Origin: Phoronis australis | Taxonomy: Eukaryota > Animalia > Phoronida | Assembly: GCA_002633005.1 (NCBI GenBank) | Contig: NMRA01000331.1 | Location: forward strand, 67,674 to 131,673 | Reading direction: 5' to 3' | Length of the DNA stretch: 64,000 nt | Shown here: positions 25,653-38,607 of the stretch, in pieces | How the letters are laid out: each line of letters starts with the position of its first letter | How positions within the stretch are numbered: position 1 is the first letter of the stretch | Made by a program: the position numbers and the translations under genes | Notes under the pieces: generated by a model | What the model was told of the DNA's origin: nothing | The model's database searches: none | Seen by the model: only the letters and a program-made list of their open reading frames with translations

Positions 25653-27197
25653 GTTGATATTTTTTTTTGTTGATATGGACGGCTGAAGTGAAGCACCCGG
25701 GGAATTTCTGGCCCCGAGTGTCATACCTCGTTGTATATATATAGTATATTGGGCACGATCAGAGGACGCCTGTGATGGCAGTGAGGAAAGCACAGATGCG
25801 TCCCGTAGATGATTGTCTATGTATCTCCAGAATGGAGTCATTAAACACCATTTTGAGTCTAAACACGTTAAACTCTATCATTTGATGCTTGAGAAAAACA
25901 CGCAAATACCGGACTTACCATATTGGCGCTCTTTCGTGTAATAAGAGTGCGAAAGCGACTTCCGCTTGGTCCCAAGTCGGATTTATGGGACAGAAATTCA
26001 GTTACTGCATAATGGTTCATTAATCTAAACAGGTTTGTTTGTTTCTGTAACCTATTAGTTCATCCCACCACACCGCAGTGGAAATTTGCCGGCATTATCA
26101 CCGTTTATACCAGTAGGTTGAAACCTTCCGCATTACATGGGATTTGTAGGTGGCGCTGAACGCCTGTCCACAAAGATCTGGTTGCCGTCTAGTAGCTTGG
26201 TGTGGCTACTTCGAAAGTCAGCTATTCTTTATATTTAACGTGACAAACAGCTCCTTCAAACGTTGTAGTCTCTTGTGACCAATTTCCAGTCCCGCCCATG
26301 TAATCAATCACCAGGACAATGGAAATTTTTCGCACTTTGCACTGGTTCAGTAGTTCACTGGTTTCTGGTCGGATGTTGCCATGATGTGTGTGATCGAGTC
26401 CCTTATCTCAATCATCTTTTGTCGTGATCACGCCTTCATGGGTCTTCCCTCAAGATGTCTCGTGAGACACGAAGTACAGGACAACTGTACTGTATATTGT
26501 GTCGCTACGTGATTTGAATATGAAGCCTGTATACTGATTTTGTGCTTCCCTCACTACTATGAGCCTGGGCCAGTTTCCATTAACTGACTGAGCCGAGATC
26601 AGCCTGCCACCAACTAGAACGTTTATCTGTTAAGACCATTAAAAACAAATGGAATTTTGTGTTAAAAAACCCTCTCTCAAGAAAAATTTGTTGACGAGAT
26701 ACTTGTCAAAATTTGTGAACAAATTCCTGTAGAAATCATCGGTAGGCATTAAACGGGAGTTTGAGGTGGATTTCGGAACTCGACTTGCGTACTTGACGTT
26801 TGCGTAGTCAGTCGAGGAACTGTGCTCAAGACAAAGACTGAAAGCGAATAAAATTTCTAAACTGCTATATAATTCACACATTTGCTTAATAAAGGAATGC
26901 CACGTATTTACATTTCGGAAACAGTATTTATAATCTCAAATACACACCAACAGAATGGGAACACCACTTGGTAGCATTAACAATGATTCCTCCCCGACTG
27001 ATCGCTAGGCTAGGCTTCCCGAAACAGTTCAAGCACGTCACACACATGTTCTGATCCTAAATTCTCGTTCGTTTTTCTCGACCATGTTTTCACATTTCTT
27101 CTCATCATTGCCTCAATAGTGATGTAACAATATGTAACAGCTGCTACCCCGTCGTCAAGACAAATAACCGGGCTTGCTGTTCCATAAGTTTCTCAAT

Positions 27198-27522
27198 GTG
27201 TGGAAACGATTCCATGACCGCCCCTTTAAATTTGTTACGATCCTCTAAACCCCATTGTTACGATCCTCTAAACCCCATTGTTACGATCCTCTAAACCCCA
27301 CTGCCAACACCAACCTCGTGATCGGTACAAACTCTATACCCACGCCTAAGGTCTGGGTTTGGACTTTGGTCACCGGGTACTTCCGGCGTGTAAGTAGTGC
27401 TTAGCAGGGTCGTGGCCAACGATATTATAGTTACACTTTAGTATTGTTGGCGCAACGTGGAATTCGTAATACGATTTGCCTTTGGTGGTCCGGGAATGGT
27501 CATGGAATCTTTTCCACCCCTG
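27198..27522. mobile_element. Small MITE containing a 23-bp x3 tandem repeat
   Basis: IR GTGGAAACGATTCCATGACC / GGTCATGGAATCTTTTCCAC; TTGTTACGATCCTCTAAACCCCA x3 at 27232-27300. Confidence 0.65.
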
Positions 27523-27717
27523 TAAATGGAGCTCCACCATGGATGAAATTGTGCATATTTAACAGGACTTCTCCGAAAATGGAAAATCCAATAAGTCCAT
27601 GATCTACGTCATATCAAGGAATTTCGTAGGTTTTGTGACAGGCGTAAAGAAAGGTAAGCTTTCTACCAGAAGCACAGAGGGAGTCGGGTCCTTTCAGGAG
27701 TTTGGAACGGCAGAGTG

Positions 27718-27871
27718 TTGGACAGAGATGACGGAAATATGTAGCGGCGCATGGAGTTGGACAGAGATGACGGAAATATGTAGCGGCGCATGGAGTTGGA
27801 CAGAGATGACGGAAATATGTAGCGGCGCATAGATTTGGACAGATATGACGGAAATATGTACCGACGCATGG
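27718..27871. repeat. 39-bp minisatellite x~4
   Basis: Unit TTGGACAGAGATGACGGAAATATGTAGCGGCGCATGGAG, contiguous with no spacers. Confidence 0.95.
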
Positions 27872-28539
27872 AAAACTGCCTTGACTATTAGTGCCAAGAA
27901 GAAATCCGTTTGCATTTTGACAGGTAACATAAGAAGTGTTCATGAAGACAGGTAACATGAGAAGTGTTTATGAATGCTGCTTTCAACAATGACAGTGACC
28001 TAAGTGACAGTGGGAATAAAATAAAATGTATCCTGCATACTTACAGAAGTCACGTGATAAAAAATGGTACTGCTTTGTATTTGAAGTCTCTAAGGTATTC
28101 AAAGAATCTACAGGGAAACTATCGTTTAATAATTGTCTCAACTATTAAACATAACTTAAAACATTACTTTGGAAATTGAGAAATAATGAGCATCAAGTTT
28201 TGTAATTAATCCCCGATTAGCGGGGTAGGATGTACAACAACCAACGACACGTTTCAGGCAAGTTTATATATCACAATCGCTGTTGTTGTTGTTACATTTA
28301 TTGTGTTGCTGTTGTATTTCTGGTCGTTGTATATTTGTTGTGTTGCTGTTGTGTTTGCTCGTCTGTTGTCGTTGTCTTCGTCGCTGTAGTTGAAGTTGGT
28401 GTCATCTACTACGTAAAGTTTCAATTGCGTAATAAATAGCTACCTAAGAATGACTGATCGCGTACAAACGTGCCTGTCTATCTGAATGTTTAGAGTCCTA
28501 AACAAAAATAGCATGTAATTATTTCCGGATATATGTAGA

Positions 28540-28678
28540 TTATTACATTGCGAAGTCGTTATCCCCGTTATCTAGAGCCCGAATGGATTTTGGAGAATTA
28601 TCGCCCCGAAGGTGATAAATCTCAAAAATCCACGAGGGCTCTAGACAAGGGGGGGTACCGACTGAGAACATGTAATAA
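28540..28678. repeat. Imperfect palindrome / hairpin element
   Basis: TCTAGAGCCC..TGGATTTT.GAGA.TTATC(G/A)CC centred on CCGAAGG and mirrored as GGTGATAAATCTCAAAAATCCACGAGGGCTCTAGA; outer TTATTACAT/ATGTAATAA. Confidence 0.8.
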
Positions 28679-29220
28679 TATATTTATACCACATACTGAA
28701 CGAGAAACATTACAATGAATCGACCTACCTTTCTCGACTCGCCTCGGCTCTGTATCTACTTTCTATGTCAGAGGCCGGGTCCGGGGTCGGAGGTCGTAAC
28801 CTTTTAAGAAAAGCCGAGCTATTTTTGTCAAATAATGCATTTACTCAAAATCAATTGAAAATTTGAACACAATAGAAATAAAGTGAGTCTATAAATTAAG
28901 GTTTAGCAACTATTATAGCTTACTACACACTTTATCACGCTAAGCTTCGACCGGGAAAATATCGTCTGCTAAAGTAGGTTACCAATAGTAACTGAGTATA
29001 ATGCTCAAGTCAAAGGATCCCGACGACACGATTCCCGCATCGGTGATTTACAAGTGAGAGGACACGAGAGAAATATTTTACTGAATTAGATATATTTTAT
29101 GGAAATTATGCGTCTTATTTTCCATAGCGTGTAAATGTAGGTACAATGCCCTTTGCTGAACATGCTATTGTTGCGCGTGCTCATTTTAGTATTCTATTTT
29201 CACGTTCGATGACGTCAGTC

Positions 29221-29292
29221 GGTGAGTGGTGTAGTGGTCAAGTCGGCGACTCTAAACTCTTGCGTTCCGGGTTCGAATCCGGCCTCGGTTAC
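29221..29292 (+). mobile_element. tRNA-derived SINE head
   Basis: A box TGGTGTAGTGGT and B box GGTTCGAATCC at tRNA spacing; cloverleaf degenerate. Confidence 0.6.
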
Positions 29293-30167
29293 CCGCCAAA
29301 ATGTCATCTCTCTAGTGAGATAACTAAATGGGTTATTACACGTATCTGCCATTCTACGCTAATATTGTGGTGTAAACGCTATTATTAAGTACACAAGAAA
29401 GTGGCACTCTTTCAGGTTCCTTCCCTCTGGCATTACTCTGGCCAAGGGCTGGTGTCTACAAATACACACTTTAATTTTTGTATCGTAGAAAGTTCGCAAG
29501 CATCGGAGTCTTGACACTTCGACCAACTACAGCATCTAAGTCACAGTGCTCAAACTGTCAGTTTGCAGCAGCAAATTTGATTTGTGGAGTTTGCCACTGG
29601 AGATATAAGCATAGTTTTTTTTTTTTTAAAGCCAGCTTCAAATTCACTCTTAGACATGGATTTTACATTATCTGTGCTTTAGTCTGAAGTTAGTTTTAAT
29701 GACCAGGTGAATGTTTGAACCTGCCAGCCGGCTATCACAGTTCTGTCGACCATTAATTGATCATCTCTGGATGTCAACCACAGAAGTTTGGATGAAAACA
29801 GCCAACAGTCATCAAGAGAGTTTTAATCCGATTCATCTTTCTTTTTCGATCAGACGGTGATAGTTTTGACCTGTTTTATATTGAGCGGCGCTGAAACATT
29901 GCATCGATTGAGCCTCTGACGACTCGAGGGATCATTAAGCCAATTACAAAAGCACATTTTCTGTCATTAATCTTTCGTGTAAAGAACCAATTACGCATCT
30001 AGAAAGGAGGTGCGCCGCTGTTTTACACATGTTCTCTGCTAACGTTTAGAAGTCTTTGATCCCGACATGTATTGCGGTATTGCTCCCTGGGGGCGCTCTC
30101 AGCATCAGGGTTAGTACACGTTTGTTCGTGACATTATCGGCGAGAAAAATGGATTTGTGATATCAAC

Positions 30168-30236
30168 CTTAGCTCGGATTCGAACCTCCAGTCCCTGTAA
30201 TCGCAGTCCAAGCTCTATTTGTGTAGCTAAACCCCA
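30168..30236 (-). mobile_element. Degenerate tRNA-derived SINE head
   Basis: Minus strand TTTAGCT...TAGAGCTTGGACTGCGAT...GGAGGTTCGAATCC. Confidence 0.5.
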
Positions 30237-30852
30237 CTCGAAACATGGTAGAGTAAGCGGTTTAGCTGGTAACGTCACCGGCATTCATTACAGCGAACGC
30301 ATGACAGTCAACGGCAAAATTGGCGATTTGTAATAAAATCATAAAAACACAACGGAATATGTTGTTTTGCAGCTACTTATTTCAAACAAGTTTATATACT
30401 TTCATCTAAGCCATCTTATTGAAAGCTGCCATAAACCCGACGTCCGTTGGCGCAAAGGACACATAATACTTATAGTTTCCGGTTCCATGGTAAGTTCCAA
30501 GTGAATTATGAAACTTGAGATTTCATACACGAGTTTTCTGGTTAAATTGATACAGCTTAGATTTTTAATTTACGTTTTGAAATAAAAATTTGGAAAATCA
30601 AAAGAAATTCTGATTTCATCCTGAAAGTGAATTTTGGACGGCCAATATTCCTTGGTTAAAATTTTTGCGATCACGTCACTAAACAACCTTACAACCAATC
30701 ACAACACTGCCATTCTAAAGAATAACTTGATCAGTTGAGATGTTGTAACCCATTCGCGCTCATGGTTGGTCTATTTGTTTGGGGCAGTCGTTATCGCGGG
30801 CGACCTACGGTGTAGGCAACACGTAGCCCCTCGGTTGGCCATTTAGGGGCTC

Positions 30853-31520
30853 CAATACTTCCATGCGCTTTCTGTACGCATTTCGTTACATGTATTTTAA
30901 ACGGGAGGTAGGCCAAATCCGGCTACCGATTTTGAGCTTTCACCTTGTCAAAAATACATTCCACACTTAAAATTATCTCTTAAAAAGGCGCTTACATTTT
31001 TCATTGGTTCTTTCTTCTTCTATAAATATCGTCGATAAAGTTTAGTTGTGAGAATTAAGGTGACTTTGGCGAAGAATTACAACTAAACTTTTTTGGTTGC
31101 CTCAACTTTTTCACCACGCGCGCAATAACCTTAAGTAGGTCAACTGAGTCACGTGAGTTAGGCAAAAGCTAGCGTGAGACTGAGCGAAGCGCGTGACACT
31201 AGCGCGCGACACTTGCAAAATTGCATGGGAAGGTATCAGTTGAAATTTGTAAGATTTGTGTTCCTTGGACTTTTTATTCGTCAACATGCGTGATTTCACG
31301 TAACTTCCTCAAAATGGCACCCGGTAAGAGAAACTCGAACAAACCACGACAGATTTTCATCGTTTTGCTGACTAAATTGTATCCAGAGTCATGATATGTG
31401 TTAATTATAACTCCATGTTCCAACATGTCTGGTTCATTTGATTTTATTTGCTGTATTTTGAAATCAGTAACTTTTTGAGGGGCTGTACTATCGCTCCTGC
31501 ATGCCTGCGGCTTCCAGAGC
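30853..31520. mobile_element. Dispersed ~700-bp repeat (copy 2)
   Basis: Same orientation and colinear with 7212-7919. Confidence 0.75.
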
Positions 31521-32372
31521 GATGTAATTGCCTACCTATTGTGTAGTCGGTTTTAGCTCCCGCGATTACTATGCGCAAGGCACCTTCAATATCTGTTAGA
31601 CGCATTTTGATTCGATGTTTGGCACACAATAACAGCAGTGCCGCCTGATCTAAACACCGTTAGACTGGTGCACCAGCTACATGCTACATGCTACATGCTA
31701 GAATGTTGACTGAATGTTTGACGATTCTAGTTTCAGTATAGATTGGAAAATGAAACATTGGAACATTGGTTAATATACTTAAAATTTCACAATTCCATTT
31801 TAAGTGAACCATGAAATATTGACTATTTTGTTCTTTAAATTTTGTGTTGAATATTGGGTTTTCTAATTTTATCAAACGTTCAAAGTTTTAATATTCAAAT
31901 TGAAAATGAAAATTGAACTGAAACAATGCACACGGATTTATCAAATCTGCAGTAAATTGTAATGGCACATCTTGTCACCCCATCTATTCCACAGTTTGCA
32001 AAGCTGTGTACATGTAGGCCTACGCGATACTGCGTGTAGGCCCTAGTGAAGACATGGGCGAATCCAAAATGCGAGGAGTAGAGGGTGGTTGAGGTGTGCG
32101 TGGCATGGGGTAGGATACGCAAATTCCAGGTTGAGTGGAGTGGTGGGCTGCTGAAGCTTAGAAGGGGGTGAGTCACGGGGCAATTCCTCAGGCGGTCATA
32201 CTGAAAATAACCCGCCTCTACAAGCAATATCCACTGATAGGCCTGGTCTTAATCCACACAGTCCGTAAAGAAGAACAAGAACGTGCTGCGATGTTTGATA
32301 TTAAACTTTAAGTAATTCTTATCTGAATAATTTGGTTAAGTGTGCGTTATCCATCCACAATTTATACGAAAT

Positions 32373-33096
32373 CATGAGCTGCGTACCACAGGGGGGCTGG
32401 GGGCTATAGCTCCAGTTTTTTCAGTGCTGCGGCGCCTATGGAAATCGGTGCTTTTCATGATGACGAATGTTGTTCCAGCAACAACTTGCATGGCCCAAGT
32501 TAACTGCAGAGCTCAAATTTCGTTCGACATAGCCACAGTTGGCAAAATGCTGAGAGAAACGTCAGTTCCACCTTGAGTAATAAGCCCCAGGCTATTAACG
32601 TACATAACCTTTATGTTAGTCGTACAAGAAATGTATCCCATGAAAATTGTCGCATGCTTTAGACCTCCCAAGACACTTCGGATGTTTCCGTAGCCTCAAA
32701 TTATACGTCGGGGATATTCAATATATGAGCGGGTGCGAACTTCAATCACTACAGCAACTCATGTGACTCTCAAATCGGAATGCGACAGGGGTTAACAGTA
32801 CACCGGGAAGCAGAAAAAGCACTTAAAGTGACCGTCGCGTACTACTTTTGAGACAAGCTAGGCTGAAGCCATGATTTTAGATTACATTCCGATTTCGCAC
32901 ATGCGCAGATATGCAACACTTTTGAAGAATAATTTGAGGCAACGAAAATGAATGAGACGTGACGAAGATTATGACAACGACGAATAGGACGACGACGACG
33001 ATAATGAAGATTAATGATGACGACTAAACATGGGCGGCGCACCTCAGAAATAAGTGGGGGCTATGGCCCCCAGCCCCTTATGGTGCGTCGCCTATG
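32373..33096. mobile_element. hAT-like MITE with GC-rich TIRs
   Basis: CATGAGCTGCGTACCACAGGGGGGCTGGGGGC vs GCCCCCAGCCCCTTATGGTGCGTCGCCTATG; a related mini copy follows at 33101-33162. Confidence 0.45.
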
Positions 33097-33520
33097 TGAC
33101 CATGGGCGGCACAGCACTGGCATCTGTGGGGCCCCCCAGTCCCCTATGGTACACCACCCATGCTAAACTGGTTAAGAAACATTGACATGTACAGTAGATG
33201 GTAAACCAAAAAGTGCAGTTAATGAAAGAGCAGCCACCAGAAAATCTCCAAGAAATGAGAATTGTAAATTGTAAACCAAAAACGATAGTACAAGCTTGTA
33301 TAGTTTGACAAAATCTACACACATATCAAATTTCAGAAAAAATCCTTAAATTGTATTGGAGTTATGAGTAATAGTTCGGCAAATCGAAAGTTTGACAAAT
33401 GGCTTCCACAGCGCAATTTAATATTTGTTTACGCTCAACCAAAAATAATAGTCCTCGAACTGTTAACAAGTTACATGTTCTTGTACAAATTCCATGTCTA
33501 TGAAGATAGCATGCAAGCAT

Positions 33521-33577
33521 TGTCATGTCATGTCGTGTCATGACATGTCATGTCATGTAATGCCATGTCATGTCATA
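33521..33577. repeat. (TGTCA)n microsatellite
   Basis: tgtcatgtcatgtcgtgtcatgacatgtcatgtcatg... visible directly. Confidence 0.9.
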
Positions 33578-35101
33578 TGAATCATGACTGGACACCAGTA
33601 CGTTGATTTAGGTGTAAAATTTCTTGAGGTTTAATGATGATTTAAACTAGAAGAGAAAACAAACTGGTTTATTGAGGTACTTTCTATTATTATTATTATG
33701 TGTAATTAGAGTACGGTTACAATTGAAACGCCACCTGTCTTGTTTAATGAGAACCATTTAAGCCCTGAGTGACGATATCAAAAAGTGCGTCAGGCATAAA
33801 TGTCGGGAAAGGGCATAGCGGGAATTCAAGTTCCAATGAGAATATTCTGAAAATGATATGTTTTTATCTGTATAGTACTGTAAATATAAACTCGAGTCTA
33901 TATACATGGGTGCTGAAATGAAGTGTGTCCTGTTCCTCACGACCTAGATTTTGTTAGACACTCGCGTATCCTAATCATTTTGGGAAACCCTACAAAGAGT
34001 AGAAAACCTTAATTGTGGCTACGAAAGTAGGCTCACGGGCTTATCTTCGAAATTTTCCCAATAATAGACAGGTGGTCTTATATTCATGCAAAATGCATGC
34101 AAGAAACGTGTAGTCGAAAACTAATCAAACCCCTGCCAGTTACCATCTCTGTTTGCCCTCGCAACGTCTACTTCATTATAGTTCGAGCGACGACATCCTA
34201 ATCTTGATGTTAATTATCTCTGGTAATTACCGCGGGCGAACATGTATATTAAAACATGATACAAAACACCTGTATGGCTTTTCACAACAAACAGTTAAAC
34301 CACGGTCTCCCCGTAAATTTTAACGCGTTTTGTCTACAAAGGCTCTCACCACTCGATCGAGATGTAAGTCCGGGTACTTTGTCTTCTACCGACTTACAGC
34401 TGGACCCTGTTGGAAATCAGTGCCGCAATCACTGAACAGGTTTGTCCGGTATAAATCAAATCTTTATTGAATTTACCTGTAAAACTTACCACCATAACAC
34501 AAGACACTCCACATTCGTTTCTTGAAAACTTAGGTCATATGATATCAACGAATTAAATGAGACATATATGAAATAAAGCAAATTAATTATATTGGAAAGT
34601 TGCATGATCCGTTGTAGTGATGCACCACACCCTTGTGCCAAATTTTTTCTAAATCCGACAACGGGTTTTTGAGATATCGAGCGAACAAAGGGGCAACAAT
34701 ATGCGACCACATTATTTGGGAGCATAAAAAGCCTACTAGACGATGTGAAAAAGTGCATTAGTTTTCGATATGGTTCACACCTGATGGTGGTACTTGTAGA
34801 AAATATATTCTGCTCATGATGGGAAATATCTAAAACTTCGGTTAATATGTACAACCAGATTTGCGAAATGTATTTGTAATAAAAAGTATTTCGTGTGTAG
34901 TTTCACGTCCCAAAGCTGTGACATCGTATAAGAAGCAATTTTATTAATTTATATATTTCCTCATTATTAAAGTACTTGCTTATAATTGGTCACAATTCTT
35001 AAGATACGGGCATTAGGGACTATCGCGCACTTTCGCTAAGTGCTGTACATTTGGATGTGTTTGATGTTGGCAATTGTAATTGATAAATACTTCATGATAA
35101 A

Positions 35102-35647
35102 TTACTTGACTAATGAGATGGCAACTGAAAACAATCCTTTAATTTGCATATCACCACTTTCAATATTACAACTTGTCCGTAAACGTTCACGAATTGTTCC
35201 TACTAACACTGTTATGGAAAGCCATTCAGTATCGTTCAATCGTAATGAATTGTTCAAAGTTAACTGCATGGATTGAGTCAAAACGTAAGTGTGGCAGCAT
35301 ACAGGCAACAGAAATTGACTCAACACATCACTCATCACTGGTAGGTGGTAAATGTTCACTTGACCATATTTCCATTGGAGGCAATGAGTATCGAATAAAG
35401 ATTCGTCAACTTTGTACACCACTTTTGAGGCTGTCGAGAGGGGTGCACTCCTGGTTGTCGAATTCGTTGGAGGAGACTGATCAAAACTGTAGCACTGGGA
35501 GTTCTCTCCTGGTATTCGCTCATAGTAGCCACTCGGCTGTAGGGCGAACTTAACGTCTGGCACCCAGATTACATACAGTAGAAACAGGGCGCAAGTTAGC
35601 GGAAATTCGCGACAGGCATTCTTCAAAAATCGTATTCCGCCAACCAT
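35102..35647 (-). CDS. Candidate orphan coding exon (181 aa, hydrophobic N-terminal segment)
   Basis: True ATG in CAGC-ATG-G context; FPLTCALFLLYVIWV hydrophobic stretch; longest non-repeat ORF apart from the two NPR exons; same strand as them. No family recognised. Confidence 0.3.
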   Translation of the reverse strand: MVGGIRFLKNACREFPLTCALFLLYVIWVPDVKFALQPSGYYERIPGENSQCYSFDQSPPTNSTTRSAPLSTASKVVYKVDESLFDTHCLQWKYGQVNIYHLPVMSDVLSQFLLPVCCHTYVLTQSMQLTLNNSLRLNDTEWLSITVLVGTIRERLRTSCNIESGDMQIKGLFSVAISLVK

Positions 35648-36579
35648 GCTGGATTTGATTTTGGCAGTCAGCCAGCGTGAAACAATCTCCGTGCATACAT
35701 GCTTACATTAGTAAGCTCAAACGAACCAGTTCATAGGTTGTGTTACTGCCGACAAACCAACCACGTAGAAGTCAATAGTTTGACCTGGATCGATGAAAGT
35801 ACACCCACTAACTCGATGTCAATAATATTTTCACAATTCCGTTATGGATGACTTATTCATCAGTAGCATCATAATTTCAGTCCTGTCAAATTCGGAATCG
35901 GCCGTGACGAATGACAATTCAACAACCAGGTCGACATCATTAACGCTAGTAAATCGCTAGAAAAGCGAAATCTTGCGATATTCTGAGAGGTATCGCCGTG
36001 TATCTTCAACGAGAGCACGTGATTACGGCCAGATTTTATCGCGCGAGACAGTTATTGAGCTCTAAAGAATTTCACCTTGGTTTTCATGTTGAAATTATGT
36101 AACAGTAAAACAGTTGATATACTTTTTCCCGAAAATGTATGAACCGTATTATTTGCGGAATTCGAGAATCAATTCATAACAGCAAAATCGCCTCGTGGAC
36201 ATTTTGCTTACTAAGAGAAAATAAAATTCTTGACTCCAGTCTCATTGTGAAGAATTGTGACCAATGCAATGGCTAAACCGGGGGAAGGGAGAATTGAGTC
36301 AGTGCTGTGGAGTTATCAAAATTATGAAAAGCAGGTCTAAAATTATTTTTATACTCATAAAAGAGTTGCAACTCGTGCATTTGAATTCGACTTTGAAGTT
36401 TCAAGTTAGCGGTCATTAAGTGGTAACTTATATTTATATTCATTTAGCTAAATCGTAATGTACTTGAGTAAAAATCAAAGAAAATCTGGCGCATCCTCTG
36501 GAACAAGGAGTCCAACTTCAGAAATTGGATTTCGGCCCCTGGAAGCAGAAATTAACTGCGCTAATAAATTCAAGATGCC

Positions 36580-37180
36580 AACTGTTCAGTCGGTATAGCT
36601 TGCGTAATCACGCCTGCACTGCATATTGGTAACCCGTGGTTAAACCTGCTGGCGAGGTGATGTTCAGTTGGTCGACAAGTTGAACAGTTGGCAGTATCGT
36701 ATGATTGGCAATTCACAGAGAAGGCAGTTGGTATTACTAAGGAGGGAATTGATTCAGAATTTGAAATCCTTGACAGTTTTTTAATATTATACCGTTTTAA
36801 CCTTAGCTTTTCATTCAAAATTTGCGAAAATGGAACTGGTTTGAAAAACGCTGGGTTTTCATTTTCGATTCCATCTCTAAACAACAAAGGAGCTTAAAAT
36901 TCGTGAGGCTTTACACATCAGTTGGTGCAAGCCCATCTCAATACGCAACTGACACACCACAGGTTGTCATTGTTGGTCTAGTTCATTGTCACTCGCTGTA
37001 ACTGACTGTATCTGTGCTTCATTACTTGTTGGTGGGCCCAGCGAGGTGGCCACTGTATTATCACCTCTGAGGATGGCATTGAATAAATGACACCGAAACA
37101 TGTCAAGTCTTAAAACCGTTGTTGTTTTCTTGAATCCACAGCATACTTCAATTGTTATTGGCTCACAGGAACCGGGAATA
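36580..37180 (+). mobile_element. Penelope-like element 3' remnant (GIY-YIG endonuclease end + hammerhead-like motif)
   Basis: Fragments HIGNPWLNLLAR, FEILDS and KELKIREALHISWCKP-LNTQ (36887-36948), followed by CTGAGGA...CCGAAACATGTC at 37067-37104. Confidence 0.65.
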
Positions 37181-38049
37181 GCACATACACTAGAGGTTAT
37201 CTCAAACTTTATTTACTGGTCTCCATTCTAACTCGTATATCAAAAAACAGGCTTTGTCAACAAGTAAATACATACATTTTCTGAAAGAAAAAAGTTCAGG
37301 GATTATAAAAATATATTTTATATTTATGTGTCATTATCATTATCATCAAGTTAACACCTATTCAAGTCAAAAATTCATGTTTAAGAAAGGTACAATTATA
37401 GCAAAATAACGCCTCGGTCGATTTCAATGAATCCCTTTTTAAATGAAAACCTAAAAAACACTAAGGAATTTTCGATTAGTCTCTTAATTTGGTTTCTATG
37501 ACAAAGTAACTCGCAAGACGTACGGTATTTTTGTAAAAACAGCAGTCGCATTCGTCTTTGTTACATTACGTAAAAATAGGCTTTTGTATAACAAATCGTA
37601 AAAGCGTATTAATTTATGATGAATAAATATTAAGTTGGCAAAGTTTCAGCGAAATCCACCGAGCAGTTTTCGAGAACTCGTGTTCCAAAGTTCCAATTAC
37701 GTCGATTTGCCAAAGCCAAGAAATGGCCAACTTAAACTTAAATTTGAATTTGCAGTTCATAATTAACTTAATCATCGCTGAAACGTTAACTTTGTTACCG
37801 TCTCCAGTCCGACATGGCGGGATCAACGTTTGGCCTACTTTTGAGTTGGTCAATAGTTCATTGTTGTACACCAATTGCGAAATGGATAACAGAAAACGAG
37901 TCGGTGGTTAAAGCATGTCGTGAGCATGAGATCGAAACAGCGAAATGTCAAATTACCTATCAAATTAAGGAATTTGGATGAGGATTTATCTCTTTTCACA
38001 ACTTGCTGTGTTCGTGAACGCAAAGTTATAAAAGTGCCAGGCAGCTCGG

Positions 38050-38607
38050 AGCATTCGTTCTCAACGGTCGTTTGAATGCAGACGCACAACTCCGAGAGCT
38101 GAACTCCCTTAGGATCAAAACTACGTTTTAGTAATGTCTCTTCAAACTGTAAATGTGGTGACCATCAGTCTTATCCTCATGTTTTCTTCAAATGTCCCCC
38201 ATCGAATACCTGAGAGACTCACTCTTTCGAGCACTCAATGAAAACAAATCAATTGTAAAAGTTCTCAATTCTTGTAATAATATCCCTACTTAAGTTACAT
38301 TATTATTGAACGATAGTCCTAACTTTGACCTTGTTCCCGATGAATTCCTCGTAAGGCAAATTTTTATGTATCGCTTATAAATATTGTTGCTTCTGATTTC
38401 CATACATGTGTCTGTACATTTTTTGTTTTCTTTGCTCGTAATAGAATATCTAAATATTGGAATACTTTTATTAGATACTACTTACATGTATATACCTCTA
38501 TGTATATTATTTTCATCTAAGATACAATGCTTCGTGATTTCTGGGCTTGTCATTATTTCTTTGTACGTTATGTGTATTCTTCAATAAATATATATCACTT
38601 TAAAAAA
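38050..38607 (+). mobile_element. LINE 3' end with CCHC zinc knuckle and A-rich tail
   Basis: 38121-38198 encodes LRFSNVSSNCKCGDHQSYPHVFFKCP; 3' tail TCAATAAATATATATCACTTTAAAAAA, with a second tail copy at ~38888-38960. Confidence 0.6.

Noticed and set aside
27718-27871. 39-bp repeats as a CRISPR array
   Set aside because: Units are contiguous with no unique spacers, no cas genes, eukaryotic context.
35395-35430. VYKVDE as guanylyl cyclase VYKVET motif
   Set aside because: Not followed by IGDAYM; surrounding sequence is not cyclase-like.
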